Assembly: GCF_947568905.1 (NCBI RefSeq)
Contig: NC_079168.1
Coordinates: forward strand, 23,374,001 to 23,438,000
Source of the DNA: Ostrea edulis
Lineage: Eukaryota
Length of the DNA stretch: 64,000 bases
Direction of reading: 5' to 3'
The position numbers were made by a program, and so were the translations under genes. The notes beneath the pieces are model-generated. The model was not told where the DNA came from, did no database searches, and saw only the letters and a list, made by a program, of their open reading frames with translations. Of this stretch, positions 13,431 through 25,100 are shown in pieces (positions within the stretch are counted from its first letter, which is position 1; the number at the start of each line of letters is the position of its first letter).

Positions 13431-15594
13431 ATGGAATAGGTTTATCTCATAAGCAGTTATTTAATCGATGACTTTCATAAACAATACTACGTAAGAAAGG
13501 CCAATCCTAACAATCCGTAACAAAAATAGATAACAAAACTGAGACTTTCTTCTCATACACTAGCCATTGTATAAAATGAAAGCGTGATTCAAATGGTTTA
13601 CTCAAACAATTTCATTTCAGCACTTCAATAATTCATTCAAAAACGAATAATACATGATTTGTAATGTGTTACGACAATAAGTTCATTAATACTGGTTATC
13701 AATATCGATGGGGCCAGACCTAACCCTCTTGGGTGGGGTCAAAGGGCTGGCCCCACTTTCGGGCCCCATGGGGCCAGTTAGGGGCTAGGGGCCTGACATC
13801 TTTTTCTGACGTCACCCTTTGAAAGAGGTGACGTCAAACCCTTTTTTGCCCCTTGTTGGGGCTTGCCCTGCAAGGGGTCAGTAAAGGGCTCCCCAGGCTG
13901 GTCTGGTTGAAAAAAGGGTCCCTAGGGACTTCCGGTCCCGAGGGTAAGGACATTCGAAAACTTCCTTCGGGGCTCCCGGGGAGACTCCACCCCCTCTCGG
14001 GTCCTTTTGGGGTTTCCCGGACATTTCGAGGGTCTGACCCCTGTGTCTTTTAGGGCAGTAACCATTTTGCCCGATGCCCTGAAAGAAAATGGCTAAGTCT
14101 TTTAGGGCAGTAACCATTTTGCCCGATGCCCTTAAAGAAAAGGCTAAAGTGGTCACCTGCAGGGCTACTTGGCTACTTAACTTTTTTCTTCTGAAAACTC
14201 TCCTGGACCCACTCTAATGCCCCCCTGGGACCCGTTGGGGGCAAGGGGCCCCAAACACCTCAGTGACTTTTCCTTCCTAAAAGGTTGATCCCAATTCACT
14301 CTGACCCCTTTCTGGGGACCTTGTTGGGGCCTACCTTTCCAGGGGTCTTCAGAGGGCGCCTTAGGGGATCCTTGTGGAGAAAATGGGGTCCCTAAAAAAG
14401 GGGGTACCGAGGTACCTATCTTGGAGGAAGGCTATTATTCCGGTAGCCAAATTAGCCCTTAAATGTAACCAAAATTGCCCTAAAATAAGGTGGGGTAAAT
14501 TGGGCAATCTCCTATTCCGGTAGCCAAATTAGCCCTAAAATGTAACCAAAATTGCCCTTAAAAAAAGAAGGGTTGGCTCATTTGCCAATCGCCCCAGCTG
14601 CCAGACGAGTGGGGCTAGAGGGCTCATAATTGGGGAGGGACCTTCCCTCGTAACGCCCTTTACCCCTGTGGGACAAACTTGCCCCTTTGGGGCCAAAGTC
14701 GTCTAAAGTGACACCCCTTACTGGAGGACATGTAGGTCTGGGGTCGATGGGGCAAGAGCACCCTTATTTGGGGTGGGGCCTCAGAGGGATCCGTTCTCGG
14801 CCCCTGTGGGGCAAATTGGCCTCCTTGGGGTCAGGGGTTCCCAAAACGGGGTTACGAATTTTAAGACTGGTGACTGAGCCCCACTTGATGGGGTCAGCCC
14901 CAATATTTTCTGAGGGCTAACATGAAGGGGCCCCACTCTATGGCCCCATGGGGTCAATTGGGGACAAAGGGCTAAAAACCCTACCCCAGCATGACCCTTT
15001 TAAGAGGGTGACCCCAAACCAATTGTCGGCCCCTCTAGGGACCTGCCCTTCCGGGTGTCGATAGCAGGTCCTTCGAAGGGTGCAGGGCCAGGAAATGGGG
15101 TCGCTAGGTACTTCCAGTCCCGAGATATGACCAATCGAAAGTTTTGTATTTGTAACGTTTTTTAGGGCCATTTTGGCTACATTTAAGGGCTATTTTGGCT
15201 ACCTGAATAACAACCTTCTTAAAATCTAACCAAATTTTCTAAGTGTTTTAGGTCCAAAAATATTTACCTCTCGAAAGTGGGGCATAGGGTCACCAACTCG
15301 AAAGAGGGACCAACGGGTACAATAATGATATTTTTTGGGCCAACTTGCCCCTTTATAAGTCATGTGTGTTGGGTCAACTTTTTAGACTTGCTGTTGAGCC
15401 CTACTGGGGCAAGACCGACCCCATTGTTCCTCTTGGGGCTTTCAATGTATTGGCGTTATCCCATGAAATAAAAGACAAAAAATACAAAGACGTTTAAAAT
15501 AAATTGTATTCAGAACATATAACCCACCACCAAATAGTACAAGAATTTAAAATGTCTGCGAATCCTAGTCCAGTGTGACTTCACCGACTCCTAA

Positions 15595-18500
15595 CTACTG
15601 CGGGAACTGCTGTGAGGAGAGGGCACTCTAAAATAACCATAAACAACCGTTAGTGAAGATGATGAAAAATGGAAGTAATGTTTTCAAAGTAAGAAATATG
15701 CTTACCTTTTCGGAGATCCGCCTCATCTCCGTCCGCAGTCGGTCGGTGGTCCTTTTTAGCCAACTGGCTCCCATCCTGCTCTGGAGGGTCTCCAACAGGG
15801 AGCGTCCTTCCTCCGACCTCTCGAGGGTATCGCGGACCTGGCTCTGCACGCAGTGGCCTCTGGGAATGAGTTCCCTACACAATCTGGTTAGGGTGTCCAC
15901 CTCAGGGCCCGTGAAGGATCGCCTTCCGTGCTGGGGAAACGACTGTAAAAGAAGACATAGACAACTGTTACCAAAGATGTAATTTTGAAATGAAGTGAAG
16001 ATGTTCGATAGAAGAGAGAATCTTACCTCGTCTAGGGTTATGCTGCAGGACGTGCTTGGGGCCGGCGACGGCGTCAGTGTGTAGGCGGACTGTAAGAAGA
16101 AATGATGGAAATGGAATTACCAAATGCAATGCTCCCGGAAGGGTTACCTAAGTTTTTTTTTTTTTTTTTCCCTTTCAATATCTTTTATTTCTAGCTAACA
16201 TACATTTGATATTTGGGGGTAATGTCTCCGCAGAGACCCCCGAATAATCCTCACCTAGGGTGCCAGGGGCTCCATGGATTGGATATATGTATATATATGT
16301 GTTAACTATACATGTATGCATATTTAAGAAACATATCTACATGATATCAAACAGTATAGTTGATAATATTGTTTTTCTTTTACAATTAAAAGATTTACAT
16401 GCTAGATAGCAATATTTTTCAACTAAAAAAAAGCAAAGTATATTTAGATGTCAAAATTATATCAGTATGCAAAATCTAATCTACTTAATACATATAAAGC
16501 AATGATTGATCCATATTGTTGCAGGGGAGACACAATCACAAACAGATCACCACTCCCCTAACAACAAGTATTGAGGAACAGGTCACCCTCAAGTACTGTT
16601 AGAATGCTATTGTTGGAAACTGAATATCAGATACATAGTACATACAGATTATTGCAATACATGTGTTATAATATAAAGCATTAAAGTAACAAAGAAAGTC
16701 TCTCAAATAATTTGTGATCTAGGAAATCGTACTTTGATTTTCTTAATGTTAAGTATGTTCTATAACAGTCTAATTTAACCTGTATCAAGAGATTATTCAC
16801 ACTTTCAGTTTTGTTTTCAAGTCTTAACATCATTTTACTTTTGTAAATTCTGAAAGCAATATATGAAATCACAAAGTTAAATGTATGCACTTTAGGATTA
16901 TCTTCATGAAAAAAGCCGAGAACAATATGTTTCCATCGAATGTCAATTTCAAGCACCATTTCAACAGTATTCCATATCTGTCTTACATTTTGACATTCAA
17001 AAATTAAATGTGCATTGTTTTCAATGACATCAGCACAAAATGTACAGTTTCTATGAACATCTTTTTTCCATTTGCTAAGTAGATAATTGTTGCATAAAAG
17101 ATTGTGCAAAAGTTTGTAGTTAAATTCAGCAACATTTTTATCAACAACTTTACATACATTATTTCTATAAATATTAGTCCAGTCTGACTTTTCCAACATA
17201 AAAGTCTTTTCCCACATACTTTCCATATATGATCTTTGAAACTTGTCATCAACAAAAATGTCGTAAAAGAATTTACAAGATTTGCCAATTATAGATTCAA
17301 TTTTTCCATTTTTAAATAAAAACACGTTTTCTTTTTCTATATGGTATTCTGTCTTATGACTTATTTTATTAAAAACATTTCTTAGTATTTTATATTCACA
17401 CAACCAGTTATGTTTGTTTGTAAGATTTGAAAAATCAGTAATATCCTTGAATCCAATTTCATTAAACAGATCATCTACTTTTAAAACACCACTTTTCATC
17501 CAATTTGTAAAACAAAGTGTCTCATTTTTATAAGTAAATCTTTTATTTTTCCAAATATTTTGGGAAAATTGTAATGTTGTCGAATTGCCCTTAGCTTCAT
17601 TGAAATATGTAATAATTTCTCTATAAAAATAGGGTATGTATTTATGTAACATTCCACTTTCACTCAAAAATGAGTCGTTTGTCTTTAATAGATAGTAAAT
17701 ATCATATTGATTCCTTTGACAGAAGCTCTGGAAAAAGTCTTTTAATTTATGGTTACACGATATTATTTTTGGGATCCATGATGCTTTAAGCGCTTTGAAT
17801 TTGGATTTTAAGTCAACTATGTGTATTCCTCCTTTTAGTTTATCTCCTATCAGGGTGTTTCTTTTAATCCTGTCTTTCTTATTCCAAATGAAATTAAATA
17901 TTATTTTATTTATTTCTTTGATAAATTCATCACCAGGAATTGGTAATAAAGTTGCTGCATATACTAATTTTGATATTGCCAAAGAGTTTATTATGCAGCA
18001 TTTTCCAAATATTGTAAGTTTTCTGGTTCTCCATGAATCTAATAATTTTTCTATATCTCTTTGATACCGTATCCAGTTTTTTTCAAAACACTCTTCTTTA
18101 CTATGACCAATGTGGATACCTAATGCTTTAATTGAATTTTCATTTACTTTCAGATTAAGAATTTCTTTTTTTGTTCCTTTAAGCTTTCCTAATAATAAAC
18201 ATTCTGTTTTATCTTTATTTAGTTTTAATCCTGAATGTGTACAAAAAATATCAATTGTGTTTAACGCTATTTGTAATGATTTTTCATTCTTAATAGGAAT
18301 CGTACAGTCGTCAGCATGCTGAACTATTTTTATTTCTTGTTTCATTTCTTTGATCTTAAACCCATTTATATCTTTATTTGATCTAATATTACAGGCAAGG
18401 ACTTCTGCTACAAAAATAAAAAGCAGGGCAGACAATGGACAACCTTGTCTGATTCCTCTATAGAGGGTTACCTAAGTTATCATTGTCATGATAAAGGAAC

Positions 18501-21500
18501 CTGTTCAAGATTAGAGTCTTACCTCTGGAAGTGTCGGCGGGGGGACTGGTGGGTCGACTTGCGCTTGCGATGTTTGGGTTGCCGAGGCGCTTGCTGGTAC
18601 CGAGGCAGAGCAGGGGGTGAAGGCTGACCCGGAGGAGGGTTGGAAACGTTGGCTCTGTAACCAGAAATGGATGAAATAAAAATAACGAAGTTTTCAAGAA
18701 AGTATTACACAATTCAATCATTGGAAGAAACGATTTACCTCTGGCAGGGGCCTCGACCGCCCGGTCATGGCTCCCTGAATCTTGACCGCCACGAAGAAGG
18801 CCGAGTCTCTGGCCCTGGCAAGATTATAAAATCTGTCGCTTGTCCCCGGGGCGTGGGACATATGTCGGGCCAGCATATCCCGGATCCAAGGATCAGTCTG
18901 CCGCGTGTATGTCGCCACTGCCTTCCGGTACTGGGAGGCGGAGAGCGGGTTCTCTTGTCTGTGCACCGCACGCCATACCTGGTTGAGTCCTGAGTAAACA
19001 CCCTGTCGAGAAAGTGACCGGACGGGTCCATTAATCTGGTCCAGCGTGATCCAGATGGACTCCTCTCGCATCCTGTTGGAATTATACCCTGCCAGTCCCT
19101 GGTAGCCAGTAATAAAGTTGCGAAGCATGGTCCATAAGGGTTCCATTATGGCGAGAACGGCAGGCGCCACATAACCCGTTTTGTGCCTGGCGACCTGTCA
19201 ATAAAGAAATCATTACAAACATGCCAATCAATATCAAGAAAAGTAACTAAGTAATCTTTGAAAAATAACTTGCCGTTAGTATCGCTCCCTCCTCTCTGAG
19301 TTCTGCGTCTGCTACGACCTGTGGAGTGATCGCCATCAGGGCTCTTATCCTCTGGCCGTTATCGATGAGTATGCGAAACATCATCAAGTTCCTGACGTGT
19401 CGAAGGACATCAACATTGGTGAAAGTCTTTGCTTTGGAAAGTCTGATGTTGATTGCCCGGACGTAGTTTGAGTTGAGGACCTCGACGATCTGTTCCGGTG
19501 TCACCATGTTGGCTGTAAGGAAAGCAGAGATGAATAAATGATGGAATTACATATACACAAATATCAGACAACAATAAAAGAAAGGAACTCACCCACGGCT
19601 TTCACCTCCATCTCAGACCTCCTCTGCTGGGCTCGCCGATGCAGGCGTTTCTGGGTCCTCTTGAACTCCGAGATGGCCCTTTCCGTCTGGTCAATGTCCT
19701 CGGCCCTGTGGGTGGACACCGTGAACTCCAGGAACTGGATGAGGGATCCCAGGTAGGATTTGATAGTACCTGGGGCGAATATCCCAACTGTTGTCTGCAT
19801 CCAGTCGTCTTTAACGCGTTGAACGTCCAGGAGGGCGTGCAATTCGTAGTCTTCCCCCTGACGAACGTGGGTCCAGATGTGGAAGGTCTGCTTGCTATGT
19901 TGGTATCCCACAGGGTGTGGTTTCCCCATCTCCGCTGACATCAGCCAGCGAAAATAACGTCGGAGGAGGGGTACTGAAAAAGAAGTGAATGTTGAAAATA
20001 AATGTAGACTACGTATCCCGATCCCAATGCCTGCTGCGTAAATACTTAATGATGGTAAGAAAATGGACAAATAGTACTGACCTGCCATAAACCCTGTCAC
20101 ATCGGAGGGGACTTGCGGAGAGGCTGGTCGTGGGTGGGCTGCTGCTGTCTGGGGTCGGGGTGTTTTCAAGGTGGCTCCCGGTCCCTGCACCTCGCTAACA
20201 AAGTGCGGAAGGGTCGCTCTAAAAGAAGAAAATGATATGTCGTTAGAGTTAGGAAATAGTCCAAGTCTTTTAGGGCAACATTGTTTACTTTGAGGGCATA
20301 GGGTGCTGCTTTGAGGGCAAGATTGGTTACTTGTAGGGCTAAAGTGGTTACCTACAGGGCTACTTGTCTACTTCATGGTGGGAATAAAATGTCCAAGTCT
20401 TATAGGGCAACATTGGTTACTTTAAGGGCATAGGGTGCTGCTTTGAGGGCAAGACTGGTTACTTGTAGGGCTAAAGTGGTTACCTGCAGGACTACATGGT
20501 TACTTCATTCGGGGGATAAAAATTTCTAAGTCAAGAAAAGCATGCTCTTACGTGGTCATCACCAGGGTGGACGTGCGCTGGGGTGGGGGTGTTATGCAGG
20601 TCACTGGCGGTCCCTGGACCTCTGCTAGCGGAATGGTGCTGCTTTGAGGGCAAGGCTGGTTACTTGTAGAGCTAAAGTGGTTACCTGCAGGGCTATTTGG
20701 CTACTTCATTGTGGGGAAAAAATTTCAAAGTCTTTTAGGGCAATATTGGTTACTTTGAGGACATATGGTGCTGCTTTGACGGCAAGACTGGTTACTTGTA
20801 GGGCTAAAGTGGTTACTTGCAGGGCTACTTGGCTACTTGAGTTGGGGGATAAAAATTTGTAAGTCCAGAAAAGCATGATCTTACCTTGTCTTTGCTGGTA
20901 TGGAGGTGAACCTCGATCTCTTTCTGGACATCGAAAGGGAGTCCCTCGTCCTCTTCCCCAGGGTTAGGGTTAGATGCTGGCGCTCAGGGGAGGTATCCGA
21001 CGACAAGGAGGAGGAGGAGTAATCGGATGAGGAGGGTCGATCCATCATCCTCTCCAATCTGGTTTTCCTATAACAGAAAAAAAGAAGAGTGACCTTACCA
21101 TGTCCTGGATGTACAATCAACATCAGAATAAGCCCCCCCCCCCCCTTGCACCAGGACCAATAAGAGATGAGAAGAAGAAAATATAGCAGAAAGATTTCCT
21201 ACCTGCCCTGCGTGTTGGCCCTCGCTGGATCCAGAGGTGGCCATATCTGCAGCTGTCCTCCCGTGTGAAATGCGGTGAAGGTCCTCCCCTCTTGACAAGT
21301 TGCTTGCGCATGGTTCCTGCTGGTATCTTGTGTACCGCTGTCAGGTGTTGACCGAGGCATGCCACAGCCTTGTGGCACCCTCCCACCGGGCACTCTCGGT
21401 AAAGGTGGCATCCCTGACTCTTCATGGGGGTGGGTCTGGCTGGCGGCTCCCTCCTGTGAACTTGCCGTCAGTGACGCGGCAAATTCACCACGACTGCGTT

Positions 21501-22109
21501 GCACTTGGTACAGCGGCAAGTCGGTCGTACCCGCACTGGGGGCCTCTGGCGCTGTCTCGGTCGAGGTTGGTGTTGTGTGGGCTCTGGTTCTGATGTGGTA
21601 GGATCGGCCTCGGATGAAGATGAGTAGGAGGACTCCGAAGACGAAGAGGGTGTCCTTGTCCCTGATGTCGAAGGCAGGGTTACGATGTTGTATGGACCCT
21701 TCAAAATGCCGTAGGAGCGATCCCTCGCATACTTGGACTCGTCGTCGGAGGAGAACTCCGAAGAGGAAGAGGCTCTCCTTGTTGCGTCTGATGACTCTTG
21801 CCTTGTCGAGGAGGACGAAGACGAGGACTCAGGGAATGATGCAGGAGCCTTTGAGGCAGAGTAGGACTCTGAAGAAGGAGATGCTTTCCTTGTCGTGGCT
21901 GGTGACTTCGTGGCTGGTGACTCTTGCCTGCTCGAAGAGGAGGATTATGAGAACTCAGGGAATGATGTAGGAGGCTTCAAGGCGGAGGAGGACTCCGAAG
22001 AGGAAGACCATGACTCTTTGCACGGTGCCGGAGCCTTCAAGCAATCCTCCATGTCATACTCGAGGTTTGGTCCAGATCGGTTGATGCATCCATCTCGCCT
22101 GCCGAACAT
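15595..22109 (-). CDS. 11-exon tyrosine recombinase-like protein (~951 aa) with N-terminal Ser-rich region and C2H2-like fingers; exon 1 has 2 stops and 1 frameshift
   Basis: Exons 22109-21203, 21067-20885, 20638-20552, 20218-20082, 19973-19593, 19512-19274, 19194-18739, 18654-18523, 16089-16027, 15942-15706, 15627-15595; splice phases consistent for exons 2-11; motifs PGTIKSYLGSL, DNGQR, RHKT, SQYRKAVAT, HMSHAPGTSDRFY. Confidence 0.8.
16155..18463 (-). mobile_element. 5'-truncated L1/Tx1-clade non-LTR retrotransposon
   Basis: Open ORF2 tail 16681-18462 (RGIRQGCPLS, QHADD, CTFC..H..EC zinc finger); poly(A) at 16155; 15-bp TSD AGGGTTACCTAAGTT at 16140-16154 and 18464-18478. Confidence 0.92.
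20261..20860. repeat. 132-bp intronic tandem repeat (about 4 units over introns 2 and 3 of the YR gene)
   Basis: CCAAGTCTT.TAGGGCAACATTG at 20261 and 20393; further units at ~20636-20860. Confidence 0.8.
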
Positions 22110-22110
22110 C

Positions 22111-22145
22111 AAATGACTGAATTGTGCTTTTTCCGGCCTTATATA
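22111..22145 (-). promoter_or_regulatory. TATA box plus initiator upstream of the YR gene
   Basis: Minus strand TATATAAG (22145-22138), TCAGTC Inr-like (22120-22115), ATG at 22109. Confidence 0.55.
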
Positions 22146-25100
22146 GCTCTCGGTTACACTGTCAGTCTAACCCTAACCCTAACCAACAAAATTCACCCAA
22201 AACACCCCAAATCCTTATGAAAACTAGTTCCAACTATAATTTAAGGCGAAAGAGCATGAAAACATAATTTTAAAAAACCCAAAAAGCAAGAGATATGGGG
22301 AAGAAGGCAAATCCGGTTTTTTTCTGGAAAAATGTAAAGATTTTTTTTTTAAAACGACGTCGTAGACCCCCGAAAACGCATTGCTTTTTCGTCCCCTTCA
22401 CATGGTCGATAGTAGGTTCCAAGGCGATCATTATTTTATTTAAAAAAAAGCAATTATTTTACTTCCGGTGCAGAGATATGAGCAATTGAAATTTTGCAAG
22501 TTTTCCGAAAAAAACCTCATGAAATGCACTTTATTGGAAGGATAATAACTCGTTCGTTTCTAACACTGAAAAGACGTCCTTTACACATTAGATGGAGCAT
22601 GAGTAGGTGGAAATAGGCGGAAAAGATGGGATCGGTCAGTACTTCCGGTGTTGAGATATGACCCCTATAAAAAGGGTAAACATTGCCATCTCCGAAATAT
22701 TTAGAGTAATGTTTTTCCCATTAAAAAAATTATTTAAAAATTGTCCTGCACAGCATTTACTGTCCGTTCTAAGGGAACAATATGTTGCAAAGATGGAGTT
22801 CCTACCTACTTCTGGTACTGAGATATCGCTCTTGCAAATCGGCCCAAAAAGAGACTTTTTGCATAGAATGAATGTCTCTCATTTTACCTCATTCGAAGTT
22901 GACCTTTACAGAGTCGATAGACTCCACCCCAGTGAGAATCGGCTGAAAAGATGGCGTTGCCAAGTACTTCCGTTTAGGATATATGACCCCTTGAAAAAAG
23001 GGTGGAAATAACGTTTACATTTTGAAGGCCAATCGGTTACTCAAGGAGCAATTGTGGTTACCTAGCGGGGTTCCGAGGTTACTTAGAAGGCAAAATTGGC
23101 TACATTTTTTACTATTTTTACCTATGAGTGCCGAAATGGCTACCTGTTATTTACCCTGAAGTATTTCTAAGTGTTTAGGGCAGAAATGGCTACCTCAAAG
23201 GGATGAAATGGCTACCTCACGAATTGGGGCAAGGGGTCCCCAATTCGAAAGAGGGGCCCTCGGAAGGGGGCGATCCGAAATCCCCATGTGGTGACCTGGC
23301 CCCTCCGGTCAACGGGAATCCCCTGGGGAGTACTCCTTTTGTTTTAAGGTTTGGTGCTCGTGAATGGATGGGGCAAGGGGCCCCCAATCGGTTCGAGGCC
23401 CCTTCCATGGGGTGCCCCTCGGACCCCATGGGACCAATTTGCCCCATGCAAGCATTGTTTGCACGAGTGATCATCTTTTTTAATAACTTTTTTGGGAGGG
23501 GTTGTTGGGGCTGCCGGTTCTAGTATGAGCTTAAGGGCCCTTCGGAGCCGCGACCCCAACCGGTCCGGGGCCAGTGAGCCCCTTTTTTTTGGAAAAGTAG
23601 GCATTTTGTCCCTTTCCGGTTTTCACCTCAACGTCATTTTTTCGAGGGTCCGGAACCGATGGGGCTACAGAGCTGAAATTACCGGAGGACCCTTAAAAGG
23701 GCTGGGAGTCGCCCCTCATGGGATCTGTTGGCCCCTTGGGGTCGAAGGGCCCATATGGTGACCTTCGAATTTTGGGTCATTTTGGAGGGGGCGTAACTCT
23801 GAAACCGAGCGTGCGAGAAGACTGAGTTCTGGCCCCTTTTGAGCCCCATCCCTGCTTTACCCGTCCCTTGAAGGGCATTGTCTGTCCTTGAAGGGTTTTG
23901 TAACAACAACTCCCCAATCGACCCCATGTGTTCCATTTTCGACCTTTTTTCTAAGAGTCGTTGCCCTAAGGTCGAGGGGGTTGCAGGGTCCCAAATTTTG
24001 CGAGGGTCCTCTTAAGGGACCGCCCTCGACTCCCATGGGGGAAATTTGGCCCCTTGAAATCAAGGGCCAAGTAGGGCCCAAGTCGAATTTTTGACTTTTT
24101 TGCAGGGCCGGAAGTCCTAGAAGCCTTCGTGCTAGGGAATTGAAATTCAAGTGAGATGGGCCCCCAAAACGTCCCCTGTCAGATCTCCAAAGGACAGCTT
24201 CGAGTCGTACAGGGTAACGGAGATATGGGGTCAGGACTGGATTCCCCGAATGGCAAAAATCGGCCCTTTTTGAAAGACGCCATCTCCCACATCCTTTGAG
24301 GGATCGGCTTGTTCTTTACAGGGACAATCTAGATAGGATAGTGCAATGCGGGCCCCAAAAATCAGGGGCCTGGGTCAAGGGCAAAGGGTCCGTCTGACCC
24401 CAACCTTAGCCCCACCCTTTGGGGGCGAGTCGGCGACTTAGACTCTTCACTGAGCCCAAGTCTTTGGGGCTGCCGAGGACCCCTTTGCACCCCAACATGG
24501 CCTGGCTCCACTCTATTGTCCCGTGGTGGAAAATAAGGGCTAGGGGCCAAGACCACCCCACAAGGCCTCCGGGAAGTAAATGGAGTGTCACCCGTCGCCT
24601 TTGACTTCTTCTGTAATATCCTTCTAGGAGCCGACCTGAAATGTTGGGGGCCCTTTGGGGTCGAAAAAAGGGGTTCAGCCCCCTTTTCTAAAGGGGCACA
24701 ACCCTCCAAAAACCCTTTGAGGGCAGATCCTGCACCTTAAGGGCAAGTGGCGACCTGAGTCTAACGTCATCCTGTCCCCCTTTCTCGAGTGATTTCAGGG
24801 GCGAAACTTGCCAGATCCGCAGGGCAGGGCCCGCTCTTTAGAACCTCACCCCGAAAAAGTCTCTGAGGGGGGGGGCTTAACACCCGGGGTGGGGGTCGAA
24901 AAAATGGTTAGGGTTAACCAGGGTTAGGCGACGGAGGGGTAAGTGGGGTGACTTCAAAAAAATGAAAAGTCTCTCCCCACCCCCCAAGATGGAGGATCGG
25001 GCTGCAATTTTGGGAGGGTAGGTTTTCCAACATTGCCCCTCGGACCAGGGTAAAGATCCCCCTAAAAATCCAAGGATAAAAAAACCCCTCAAACTTAGCC

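Noticed and set aside
21098-21103. 6-nt micro-exon AG|GACATG|GT in YR intron 1
   Set aside because: Would leave a 30-nt intron and does not repair the reading frame
21468-21470. In-frame TGA as selenocysteine or programmed readthrough
   Set aside because: It falls at a Leu position of the finger, the same exon has a TAA and a frameshift, and no SECIS was recognised
21614-22116. Plus-strand acidic ORFs (21614-21970, 21895-22116)
   Set aside because: Antisense shadows of the Ser-rich repeats of YR exon 1
24745-24770. GTGGCGACCTGAGTCTAAC as the missing right TIR of the MULE
   Set aside because: 15/20 match to the reverse of 10925-10944, but the inner GGGGCG repeats are absent or in the wrong order; compatible with chance in GC-rich DNA
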